Positions 38,501 through 51,800 of a stretch of DNA of 64,000 nt are shown here, piece after piece (position 1 is the stretch's first letter; each line of letters opens with the position of its first letter). This DNA is from Seison nebaliae (Eukaryota). The stretch is taken from assembly GCA_023231475.1 (NCBI GenBank), contig JALJEE010002469.1, positions 1-64,000 of the forward strand. Direction: 5' to 3'. A model generated the notes under the pieces. That model did not search any database, was not told the origin of the DNA, and saw only the letters and a list, made by a program, of their open reading frames with translations. Position numbers and translations under genes: made by a program.

Positions 38501-38833
38501 TCCTTCTTCACTCATCGCTTTCTGTTTCCCTCCATATTTTATATATTCAGCGAATGTCTCAGTCTTCTTCAACAAATAATCCAAACGATTCCTCATTTTT
38601 TCATCATCTAATTGTTGAGTAGTCGACATGGTCGATTCCTCTTTCTCCTCTTTAAGTATCGACATTTTATCTGATATCGTTGTATTAAAACTTAAATTTT
38701 CACTTTTCCATGATGTTTCAGATGATTCACAACATTTCTCCTCCGAGTTAGAGAAAGAGATCATACTCTGAAAATTATCCTTATCACACATATTCGAAAG
38801 AGCAGGTTCAATCTCGTTCTGTCTCGTTCCCAT
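35541..38833 (-). CDS. ISWI: ISWI-family chromatin remodeller (SMARCA5/SMARCA1-like). Exons 38833-35996, 35939 to about 35862, and 35765-35541
   Basis: LADEMGLGKT, DEAH, QLRKCANHPYL, EPGPPYTTDEHL, QATDRAHRIGQ and HAND-SANT-SLIDE motifs (DFQFFPP, QGFTTW, FTESEDRFL, SRGVY|DIYHRC). The last exon is acidic and its donor position is ambiguous. Confidence 0.93.
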
Positions 38834-39779
38834 TTTCTTCTATTAATTCTGAGTTTCTGCTGCGTAAAATTATTGAGACTTAAAAAGTTTTTTAGTAAAA
38901 ATTATTTCAATTCAAATAATTTTTGGCACTTTTTCAAAATATCAGAAAATCACACTTTTTTCCATATAGCTATCTCTCTCTCACACCCTAATGTAGAAAC
39001 TACTTCTTTCTTCTTTAACTTTCAATCGTTGCGCCTAACAATCAATTATCGCCCATAATATCTATTAGAAAGAATAACGATGAGAACAGCACAAGTTGGA
39101 TAGGAGACAACTTAATAAAATTTTTTGGAGTAGAAGAGTGAAGAATAGGACAAAAAGGAATAAACTACTTTTAAAACTATCGAATTTAATTTAGAATGAC
39201 AGGATAATTTAATCAAATCAAATAAGACGATATAAAATTGTTTCATATCTCTCTTTTCCATTATCACATCGAATAGTGGTATTAGTTAAATTTTGACAAT
39301 TAAATTTATTATATTAAAATTTGTATACGGAACAATTTTGATGATGGAAATAGTTTTTTCACGAGTAAAAATTCTTTTGTTCGAAATATCCTTTAATATT
39401 AAATAAGTTCTGTCATTCTTTGCAGTGAACTATTTGTCATCTTTTCTAAAATTTAGTTGATTTTTATTTCGTTTTAAATCGACTTTTTCCATTCCAAAAA
39501 ATGTCAGAATTTTTTATTGGGGAAAGTCAGAAATATGGAAGATTTGTCCGATTAAAAAATTGTCCGACTTTATTATTATGTAATAGTGACTGTTCAAAAG
39601 AACTTTGAATAATTTACTTTCTCTCACTTAAAAATATGGAAAACTAATAAATGAATTTTTTAATAAACATCTCCGTAAATGAATTATAATTATATTTAAA
39701 AAAAAAACAAGTTAAATAGTCAGTTGACTTCATTTCGAAAACATTTTTTACCAATCTAACAAAGAAGTAAGTCTGAGAA

Positions 39780-41211
39780 ATGAATCACTTAACGAAATTG
39801 TTAATTTTTGTTTATTTCTTATTAGTCTCCTATTTCCTTTCGACACAATATATCCATAAAAGTTACTTTTGGAATTAGGTGTTATTCAATGGGAAATTTT
39901 TAGACAGGAATTAGGAATAGTTTCAATTACTTCAAAACGAATTACACGTATACCGAAGAGAATAATTATGAAAATATCATAAATTCTACAACTCAATCGA
40001 CAAACGTTAAATTGGCCACTACCTTTTCTACGTTGAATGACACAAAATATGCAAGAATACGTCCTAACATATCATATTTATTATCACTTGGTACGATAAG
40101 GAATGAAACTTACGAAAACATTCCTAATATATCATCCAGACATTGGACACATGTCGATGAATGTGAACTGAATATAAAAAACTTTTTAGGGAAACTTCAA
40201 ATTAATCTCACTTCGTTTTCATGGACGGAATTATTGAAAAAGGAGAAAAACCTGACGACGGTTGGGGGACGAAATTGGCCGAAAGATTGCAGAGTAAAAT
40301 CGATGAAAGTGGCAATTGTTGTTTGTTACAGAAATCGAGAAGAACACCTCAAAACATTTCTTTCTTATATGCATCCTTTTTTAAGGAAACAGAAGTTAGA
40401 TTATATGATAGTTGTGGTGGAACAAATGCCAGGAAGAATGTTCAATCGAGGAATGCTCTTTAACATCGGTTTCATTGAAGTGAAGAGAATCGATCCGACT
40501 ATTAATTGTTTTATATTTCACGATGTTGATCTACTACCAGAAGATGATCGGAATTTATATGTGTGTGGAGAATATCCTCGTCATCTAACCGTTTCTATCG
40601 ACAAATATGATTATAAGTTAATCCTACGAATAATGAAAGTTATGTAATTGTAATTAATTTTTCATCTTCGAAGACTTCTCTATCCAACTAACTTTGGAGG
40701 TGCAACAGCGTTCACCGATCAACAGTTTATGGGCGTTGATGGTTTTTCGAACGAGTTTTGGGGATGGGGAGGAGAAGACGATGACCTTTATATTCGGTGA
40801 GAATAATTATGAAAAATTATTAAACTTTTTAGTGTTCGTGAAGTCTTAGGTTCTATCATTTCGAGATATCCATCTGAAATAGCTCGATATACAATGCTTT
40901 CACATACCAACAAAGAAAGTTCGCCACCGAATCCTTATCGGTTCACTTTAATTATCTCCAATATTTAACTAATTTTTATTCATAGTCATATCTTGTTAGG
41001 CCTAGAAAATCGGTTTTTTTATGATGGCTTACACCGAACGAGATATGCAGTACAATCAGTTCGATTCCAACCACTCTTCCTGAATATAACGGTGGCAATC
41101 CATGAGAATAAATGGAGTGATATTGTTCGAAATTTTCACATAAAATTTTTATTCATAAAAAAACACAAAAAGAAAATTGACAATTCCAGACAATTGACAT
41201 CCCTTGAATAG
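39780..41211 (+). CDS. GT7 beta-1,4-galactosyl/N-acetylgalactosaminyltransferase. Introns 39862-39907, 40617-40673, 40797-40832, 40941-40985
   Basis: Type II TM anchor MNHLTKLLIFVYFLLVSYFLS and the motifs FNRGMLFNIG, FHDVDLLP, NFGGATA, FWGWGGEDDD and RYTMLSH. Confidence 0.9.
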
Positions 41212-41553
41212 ATTAATTTATAAAAATAAAACTATCTTTAGTTAATGAACTATATCTCCAATTGTCTATTTTTACGTATAATTATTTCATATATATCGAA
41301 AGAGATTAAATTTATCGAAAAGTAAGAGACTCGAATGACGAAAGATGAAATTGAATGAATTGAAAATATTAAATATGATATAAACGTCGTTGTTTCAGTA
41401 CTAACTCCCACTTCAACCAAGATACACATGAACAGATGTTATTTCAATGAGGGTTTGATAGAAATTTTGAAAAATGATTGAATGTTTGTAGAAAAGAAAA
41501 GACGTTTCTGGATATTATGAGATGGATCAGATGTTTGTTTGAAATGAAACTCG

Positions 41554-44500
41554 ATGAAAATGTTCAGAATTTTTTTGAAAAATTATTTAGGAATAATAAG
41601 AAATATTTCGTGTATGATGGATAAAGGAAATAATATGAATTCGAAATCGTCGAAGTCTCTTCATGAATCCATTCGTTTGGTAGATATCGATAAAACGGTG
41701 AGTTTAGTTAGTCATCAGTTTGGTGGTGGTGGAATGACCACATCGATTACACACACGAAAACAATTTGTGGTCATCAAAGAATTATGTGTGTTTATGAAG
41801 AGTCAACTATCTGTTATCGAGGAGAGATTTCTTTCGTCTTTTTCACCAATTTGTCATCTCCCATCACTAATCAATCGACACTTGTCCATCTTTTAACTTT
41901 GGCTCAATTAAGAGAGAAACGTTCATATCAATCGATAACACACTGGTTAGAGAAATTGAAACCGATCGATATCGTCGTTCCATTTCATATTTTTGATCAA
42001 CATCGTCATAATCAATTATTTTATACGATTATCGAACTGATGCCAAATGCGACGATTTATTTAGTGAAGAATCATCAATTCAATCCAATTCATGGAGAAG
42101 AGTTATTGAAACGAATTTTATTCAAATATCCATCGTCTGATATTTTCGATTATTGTCATTCACATTCTCTTATCTATTCTTCCTTAAATGCATTGCATCA
42201 TTTCATTCGTATTCAAACGAATGGTTATGATTTCCTTTCCAGTAAATGTCAATTCAATTTATTGAATATTAGTCATTTCATTTATTATGGTTTAAATTAT
42301 TTCTTTCTTTCTATTTTTCATTCATTCTCCTATTTTTTTTTAAATTTCTATGATGATTGATAATTTTTGATGGATATGGAACGGATTAAAATATCCAACA
42401 CAGAATATTCATTATTATATCGTTTAAATATTTTGCCGTCGTCTGGATTGCGAGTTGACGAGAGTTTATTCGAATTGTTATCGACGTCCTTATCGATTAG
42501 TGGACGGAAGTATTTGAAGGAGTTATTGATTAATCCGAAAACAGGTGAAAAAAAATTTTTTTTTGAAGTATTTGTAAAATTTAATTTTTAATTTTTTCTT
42601 TCAGATTTAATTGAAATTGAAGAACGTCATAATTTCGTGAGATATCTCCTCCAACCAATTGGCAAGAGACAATTGAAACGATATGAATGTTTTAAGAAGG
42701 ATGTCTTTCATTCGTATCAAGATCTGACGTATCTTATTCGTTATCTCCATTCTTCACTCTACAACGAACAATTGGAAGTGAGTAAAGTGAATATTGATGA
42801 TACGGCGATAATTGAGAGAAGAAAAAAACAACATGAGAGTTGGGAGAAGGAATTCATAGAAATGATTAAACGATTCTTCTTGAACAAACAATTATCCTAT
42901 AATAATGATGAGAGAATGTTAACGAATGAGATGAGAGTGGAGAATGTAAAGGAGAAGGATTTGCAGGAGATTTTAGAGAGGAATGTCATTGCAATCGTTG
43001 AGAATAAGTATAAGAATTCGATGAAATCGCTTCGACAGGACACGAACATTTTAGATAAGAAGAAACAATTCAATTGTATTTGTCGAGTGAATCATATAAT
43101 TTATCTCATTCATACCATCAATAAATGTCGAAAAGATTTATTGAAATATTTGAATGATGGTTCCGAAAGAATTCGCTCGAAATTGGCTCGAAATTATTAT
43201 TTGGAATTGAAAGATAACATCGAAATTGATATACTTTTATGGATTTTCAATCAAATTTTCGATATGGAAATCATTCAATTGTCGTCGGATCAATTCTCTC
43301 AAACATCTCAAACTCAACAGACTCATGTGTCACAATATGATTTTGTTGAAGATTCGGAAATTGTTAAAGAATCCATTACGTTGTTAAAGAAGCGACATTA
43401 TCTCATCAAGAACGATGATCGAATGATCATTCTAAAAGAATTGAGAGATTCTTATCGTCGATGTATTTTCGATTTGAGGAAATACGCGACAAAATTACGA
43501 TTAGTTATTAACGAGAAATATATCGATGTGAATCATAGTCAATTATTGGAGAATTTTAAGATTGAAATGAATTTTAAAAATTTCCAATGCTCCTCTTTCC
43601 AAATCAATTCTGCAAATATTTCGAAATTATTTCTGGAGAATAATTCACCAAACGATTTCTTCCAATTGACAAATCGTGAATCATTCCATATCATTTCATT
43701 GACAACGAATCAAATGAAATTTCGAACGTCAACTTTGATGGTTGTGAATGAGAAGATCGAATGGATTCGTAACATTCTTCTCATGTATACGAATGATATG
43801 ATTGAAATTATTTTCCGTTTAGTAATTCATTGTTATGAATCTATATCGAAATTGATCGATATTTTAACCGTTGTCGAAGTGTGGACTTCATTAACATCAA
43901 TATTTGATCAAGGTCATTTCGTTCAACCAAAAATCCATGAATCATATTCTGGTATTTTCATCAAGAATTCATGTCATCCAATTCTGTTTTTGAAGAAATC
44001 AAACGGTCAATTCAAAAATCAATTATTCACTAATCAGGTTGATGTGAATTATTCGTCGAATATTCATTTGATTAGTGGGAAACATTCGTCAGGTAAATCG
44101 ATATATGTCAAACAAATCGCTCTACTTCAATGGATGGCACAAATTGGATTTTTTGTACCGTCGTCGTCGATGGAGACACATATCTTCCATAGTATGTTCG
44201 TATTAGATGATGGTGAGAGAGAAACGGGCAAATTAATATCGTTACAAGAGGAACAAATACAATTTGTAAATCGTTTATTCGCTTATATTCATGATGATTT
44301 CCCTTTTCTTCATGGTGTTCCTGGAATTAATACCACATCAATAGCCAAAAAACGGAAATTTGTTTTTGTGGTTCTCGACGAATTGGGCCGGTTATCATTC
44401 TGATTGTGATTAATATTCAATTAATTATTTTATAGATATGGGAATGATGAATCGTTTGAAGCTCAAATGATATTCGATGCCATTTATCAGATGTTATATC

Positions 44501-45102
44501 AGAAGGATATATCGAATGGTTCTTTACAGATTCTTTCATTTATCGTCACACACAATCAATTGGTGAAGGAAGGTGGAAATGAAAAAAAATTGAATTCATT
44601 AATTTCATTCTTCACTTCTCAATCTATCAATTTTCATCATTTCATCAATTATAAACTACATAATCTTCATGAAATCGAAATAAATGATGGTACCAATGTT
44701 CATGGTTCCTTATTTTATTCTTTTATCCTCTAATCCATTAATAAAGGCGCCCAATTCATGTTGGAGAAAGGACAATCGGAAGATTTTAATGCAATTCTTC
44801 GAAGGAATTTACAGGAACGCATTTGCAACGACGCAATAGATGTGGAAATGAGTGACTTGAGTCTTCAGGATCCAATGGTATCTTTTGGCGACAGCTCATT
44901 TGAAAACAAATCGAAGGAACGAAATTTAATGGAGAAAACTGAGTCGATAACTGCTTTTGTTCGTAGTATGCGCGGAAACATCATATATCCAACCAATCCA
45001 CTTTCGGCAACGCAATTTTTGGATGAAGTTAAATTTACTTCAAATACTCTCAATGACGAATTGTCCCATTTATACAAATTGATTAAAGATAATTCTAAAT
45101 AA
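41554..45102 (+). CDS. Highly divergent MutS homolog, MSH4/MSH5-like. Introns 42290-42403, 42545-42604, 44391-44435, 44705-44746
   Basis: CHPIL, ISGKHSSGKSIYVKQIALLQWMAQIGFFVP (P-loop), VVLDELGR (Walker B), IVTH and SISGRKYLK...NP. No mismatch-recognition domain I motif was seen. The start codon is uncertain. Confidence 0.8.
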
Positions 45103-45752
45103 TATTTTCTTCACATATAATTTTATTTAACCTGTTGTGAATAGTAAAAGTTGATGAATATTTAAATTCTCACCGAAATAAATTCTTTAAAATACTTTTT
45201 CCAAACCTGAAACGAAACAATTTTCATTGATTTCATTTATTGTCAAAATGAAAAATAACGACCATTCACAATATAACGATTGGTGACGATGACGGTGGAT
45301 GGAAAACGTGAAAGGTAATTCAGCTAGTAAAGACAACATAAATCCGAACGGAAAAATTTCAAAGGAAGTTCATTTTGAAACGCATTAAAACTTTAATATT
45401 TTAACAATTTATTAGTGAAAACCCCACATTTAACACAATTATCATTATTTTAAAAGTTGAAGAAGAAAAATTTCAAACAAACTACTCAAATTCGATTTTA
45501 ACATTTAATAGGGATAAATACATTTAGATCATTTATTCATCTTGTTGACGTGAAGAGGACGTATTTGTTTGAAGATGTATCTATTTTTACAAGTTAATTA
45601 TACCGAATCATTAACAAGATTAAAAAAGGACAATTTATTAATAAGAATGATAACAATCGTAAAATATGCGAATAAAAAGAAGGAAAATATTCGGGTTTAT
45701 TCTCATTCATTTTCCATATGTCGACTAATATAACTTGTCTATTCGAACTTTT

Positions 45753-48700
45753 CTAATGGTTTGATGAACCGACCATTTTCGACAGTTTTACATCAATCGG
45801 TTCTCTGTCATCATATAAGGATGGTGCTGCTGCAATTATACTTATCGTACCGACAACACATACGGTTGAAAATATCACCATGAACAAACGGTCCAACACG
45901 AGACCAACATATTTCCAGTCTTCTAACGCCTAAAATGAGGAATTAAATAAAGAAATAGAATTGAATAAAATGATGGAAGTGAAGGAATTAATTGAGTGTT
46001 AACCTGTCGATCTTCATCCTCTTCCTGCATATGTTTAGTAACGAAGTTTAACGATTCCAATGCATTAAGTACTTCTGGGTGAATTGGTCGGTTTGGTCTT
46101 GGACGGTTAGAACGCCCAAAATATTTTTTAGGAGGAGAATGATATTTTTTAAGACTGTCAGCGGCCGCCTGTTTAAGACGAATTAAACGTTCGCCCGCAT
46201 CTTCACTCAAAGTCAACTTTGAAGATTTGGGTTTTAACGATTCCTCATCGTAAAAAGATTCAGTTGGCACGATCGTTTTCAACGATTGCTGTCGTGAAGG
46301 AACGGTATGTTGACGTTGTTTGTACTTGTGAGAACGACATGGTTTCTCGTATTTCTGACGGTTCTTCATCTTCCTTCCGGAGAAATGTGTCAGATCGTCA
46401 ATCACATTCTCATCAATGATGTGACGAGAAGAGATACTGGTTTTCAACGGTTGGTACGTGTATGCTCGTTTAGCACTTATCATATTATTCTTTATGCCAT
46501 TCGGCTGAGAGTTGATGAGTTCATTGTTACTATATTTGGTAGAGCGAATGCCACTGTCTAATGTGACATAACCAGTTTCTTCGAAATCATCATAACTCAT
46601 CTCTATACGATGTCGTCGAGAATTCTTATAACGGTGACGTTTACCAGCGGAAGAACTGCGAATATTTTTTATATTGTCTTTCACCGAATTCCGTTGGTTG
46701 ATTGAAAGATGAGACGAACATTTATCCTTCATCCGATTATTGAGGTAGGTCGTCATTTGATCATTCGGTCGTTCGAAATGATCAAAAGTGGCATAAGTAT
46801 TATCGACTGAAGATGGGAAGATGGAATCGGATGGAATTGCATAGTGATGATGATATTGATAATTAATCTGATCGTCCACATTCTTTTCTTTCATCTTATT
46901 GTTGTTGTTATTATTATTACTACTATTATTATTGTTTAGTTTATTTCCAGTAATTTTATTCATTTGATTATTTGGGTTGATGTTGTTGTTGTTATTATTA
47001 TTTCTGCTTGAATTCTTAATAAGATTATTATTATTATTATTTGACAAATTCGTATTATTGAAAAAGAATGGGATTGAATTATCTTGTGGCATATTGGAAT
47101 TGGTATAGTATTTCTTCTTTTCTAATGTATAATATTTCTTACCTGGTTCTCGTTGTAACGAATTCGTTTGTTTACTCGATTTCATTCGATGACTTTTATT
47201 AATATTCCCTAAAAGTTGTTTCGTTTGTTGTGGGGGTGGTGGTTGTTGTTGTTGTTGTAGTTGTTGTTTTTGATTGTATGGACTATATGGCATATCTGTG
47301 GTGAGAGGTGCATAAACTGAGACCATTCGATTCCATGAACTCTGTTGTAGATGACCATTATTTCCTAATTGAACATTAATGGAATTGGGAGAGATATTTC
47401 TCAAATGGTCTTCCATTATCGCATTATCAAACAGATCATTCTCCACATTGTGATGTAATGCGTAGTCGAAACCGTCGTCGAAGAATAAATGTCTGGTTGC
47501 GGCGGTTTTGGAATCAACGGCACTACGAACATCGGACGGTCGAGTAATCCATAAATATTTGGGGAGGATATCGATGAAAACGTGTCTAAGCCACGGTGGC
47601 ATTTCTAGAGAAGATGTTGGTCGATAATTCAAATTGAGTACGACGACCGTTAACGAAATGGATAGAATGATGAGAACGGTCGTGAACGTCAAATATTTTC
47701 CCATGAGTGGCACGACGATGGATGTGGGTGGAATAATGTCGATCAATAATAAAAAGAACACAGTTAATGACACAAGAATGGAAAGTGACAATGTCATTTT
47801 TTCACCGCTATCGCTCGGAAGATAGAAGACGAATAAGGACAAGAATGAGATACACAAACATGGAACGATCAAATTGACTGTGTGAAAGAGAGTTTTCCTC
47901 CTTAACGTAATATTGAATTTGATGTCGATATATAATTCACTACAACATTCATATTTCTTCACATATCTTGCCGCTGGTATCGACATGACATCCCACTCAA
48001 CATTCGGGTAATACTCCGACAGATCCCATCCTAGTTTAACAGTATGGTTGTCGTCTTCACCGGTGTTACTAATATGTTGGAGATCGATCGCTTGACCATC
48101 ATATGACCATGTCCCGAATTTCATATAACAATCTTGCTCATCGAATGGAAAATACTCCACTCGTATTTGACAGTAACTCTTATAAATGACTGGCGGTTCC
48201 CAAATAATCTTTCCCGTATTATACACTGTTGCTTTCGTTTTCGTTGTAACGACATAACTTCCGTCGGCACTTCATTCGAGAAAGAATTTCCGATAATGAA
48301 ACAACTTCAAATGTCCATTCACTAACTTGTTATAGAGAACGACGTCCGGTTTCCATATCTTATCACTGGGCAGATACATATGGGAAATGTTTCCATACGA
48401 CGATGGAATCCACTTCAGTTTATGATCGATCCATTCCTAAAATTTGATTAATCATTTTAAATTATTCGTCTCAGTACAAGACTCGGACTAACGTGCTTCA
48501 ACCAGACATTCGTTGACATGATTTGATGTTTCTCATCCTGAAAATAAAATAGGAGATGAAATGTGAATTAGAAGAGAGAATTATTAACGATGTCCACAAG
48601 TTGAAATAGACGGAGACCGATCTTCACCGTGAGGATATCAGTTGCATTTTCTACGGGACGGACAATGGGATCATATGATTCCATCAAGTCATTATATAAT

Positions 48701-48839
48701 CTATTCGCATCGGTATTTATTTCGACTGGATGATGATGAGATGAGAATGATGAAGAATTGAGATTGAAGAATAACTCGAACTTTTCTTTGTGAATATTTG
48801 CAAGATTAGTGCGAATGTGAGAAGAATACGATGAATCAT
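45753..48839 (-). CDS. Nicotinic acetylcholine receptor alpha subunit. Exons 48839-48782, 48725-48589, 48537-48493, 48436-48327, 48269-46004, 45929-45753
   Basis: Signal peptide [29 protein letters not shown], Cys-loop [20 protein letters not shown], vicinal cysteines YECC, GEK before M2 (cation-selective) and [11 protein letters not shown] before M4. Confidence 0.95.
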
Positions 48840-51800
48840 ATTAAAAACGATTCATGAAATAATCATGTCTGATTGTGACTGATTATGTCATGTAGACTAG
48901 CAAGGGCAAGATAGCTCTGTGAGGAGAAAGAGGAAGAAATAAAAGATATGAGCAACACACATTTAAACACCTTTCCAAATGGTATGGTTCCGTTTCCGAA
49001 TCGGACGGAACAATATGAGCAGTAATGACGATTCGTACAACTAAGATAATGAGGAGGAGACGAGAGGTAAATTGAAGTGAAAACAATTGCCATGCATTAG
49101 ACAAGTACAATATAATTGTCGGCCATCAACACATAGATCGACCTCTTCATTTATTTTCTTAACGATGGCCTTCTTCACCATTTGACGCATTTCGCTCCGG
49201 AATCTTTCAAGAACAATACGTTCCAAGGCGTTCTTATGTGAGTGTGTGCGTGTGTGCGTATGTGTGAGTGTGTGTGTATGTGGAGGAATGGATGGATGAG
49301 ATGGAGATGGCTGCTGTACATATTCCATTCTTCTCCATTTCATCCCATTATCATCTGACGAAAAGTCTTTGTTCTTTATACATGCGGCTTCATCAGAACA
49401 TCTCGATATCTTTCCCTTTAATCCACTCCCATATTAAGAGTTGGAATTGGTCGGATTTGGAATGATGATAACCGTCATAAAATATTCATAACAATCTAAT
49501 ATTATTATTAGTTTCTTTACGAAATATTGTAATTATATCTAATAATAACAATCCGAAATAACGGTAGGAACAATGAGAAGAAGAAACGCAGTAGTAAAAG
49601 AAAGAAAGAAACAAAAAAAGATGACTAATAATAATAATAATCATCATCATCATCACCATAATGAGAGAAGAAGAATAATTAAAGATTTTATGATATATAC
49701 ATATCGATGTCGATGGGTTGGATTGATGGATCGATTGGGAAGCACACATAGGAAGAGGCATATACTCCACACAGTCTTCCCATTAGCGATATATGTAAAG
49801 GATAAGTTCGATATCTCACAACTATTCATGTGCTATATGTCTTACGTAATCGTAACTAGTAATAGAACGATTCTCATAATTTGTGTTTGATAGGGGGAGG
49901 ATATGTAAAGGAACAATATTCCAAATAAAAGTAATCTACAGATGTTTATCTAAATATTCTTTATTCTTTTCCTAACGTATAACTCTTTATCTTCCCATCA
50001 CCATGATCAACGTCTTATATTCCAATTGTCTGTTGCATCAAATTGTGTTGGCAGCCGTTATCAATCAACTCCAAGTTTATGTGATTCCGATCTTTCCTCT
50101 CGTATCATCTTTCTTCCGAACAATGGCAAATTCGCCTCTCCTCCCCTTCACACAACAATCAATTTTCGCACCTTTTTCATGTAACTCATCACCAATCTTT
50201 TAACGTCAAACAAACCATTCTAACCGTCTCTCAACGTTACATTCTACTAATCTCATAATCCTCCTCATGACTATCTTGTTAACAATGAAACTCAATTGCT
50301 TTCGATGGTGATAAGTCGATGTGTTTCGAGTTTGCTCTTCATCATCTCAAAATATTATCTAAATTTCATCATTTTAACATTTTCAAATTTGAGAAGAAGA
50401 AGAATAAGAGTTGGAATGAATTGATTAATCGTCCTCCGAAAATAATCGATGTGTTTAGTGATGAAAAGAAAGATCGTAAAAAAAGAATCTGATTGAGCAT
50501 GGATCGATTAGGGAATGTTCTACAAGAAATGATTAATTTCGAAAAAGGAACATTCTATTGAGGATTCTCACTTTCTTTAATTTATTTGGAAATAACTTTA
50601 TCCTGTACTTCATCATAGTCATCTTTCAAGAAGGAAATTGATTAATCTGAAAAACAACATTTGGCTTTTAGAGGTGGATAGACATGTTAATGGTGCAATA
50701 AAACGAAATGATGATTGTGGTTCCGAATAAGTGAAAGAAATAAGAGAAAAGTAGAAGAACAACTATTAGTTGTGAGAAAGATTAAGAAAGTAATTTATAA
50801 TTTATGTAAATTTTCCTTCTTCTTTGAGATTTGGTGAAAATGGATTTTTTATGGAAATAAATGAAATAATTTTCCGTAATCAACTTATCCATAACGAACG
50901 TTAAACTGTTTTTGGGAAGTAGAGAATAGATTGACGAAAGAGCCATAACTCTTCACTGAGTTGATTTCTTTTTAATGATTTGTTGTTTGGGAGAAAAAAG
51001 AAATTTTCACGATATTCCATTTTTTATTTGCACAGAGTTCGGATCATCCGAAAAGATTGTGAACATTGGAATCGGTTATTAATTTAATCTTTAACATAGA
51101 CATGGGGAACGATTGAAAAAAAAAGGAAAACTTTCAAACAAGGGTAAGATAAGAGAATTGTGATGATAAATTGACGAAAGAAACTTCCGATAGATTCTTA
51201 TCATCACCATCATTAACTGTTAGTTAATGTTGATAGTGATATTGATGATAGTGATTGTGAGAGTAGACAAAAGAGAAATAAATAAGTGTGCAATAATTAT
51301 TATTCATTATCATTATCAACATGAGAAGAAGAGAGGCATAATATTCATCGTTTATTGACATACGATCTTACATTGAAATAAAGAAAACGGAAAATTATGA
51401 GAATTTTGGGAAATATTTATAAATCAACGTGCACATTTATCTATTTATCTATGGAGGTTGTGCGTATATGAGGTACACGAGAGCATGTGCACACGGATAA
51501 TATCCGAGTTAGTACAATATTTTTTTTCGTCAATGGAAGACCATTGGAACTAATTCGAAAAGGAAAAGAAGAAATCATTAAAATATTTATCTTAATTTCT
51601 CCTTCTTCCATTCTCCTCGTCTCCAAATTAGAAGATCAGTCCGAACAATTATTCGTCATTAAACAAAGAAGTCAAATGTTCAACTATGATATTCTTTCCT
51701 TTCTTTCTTTCTTTCTTTCTATTTCGTCTCGTTTTTAAAGGGAGAACAGTCAAATCGATGGTGGATGGGAATGTATGATTCATTCACATACGAGATCAAT

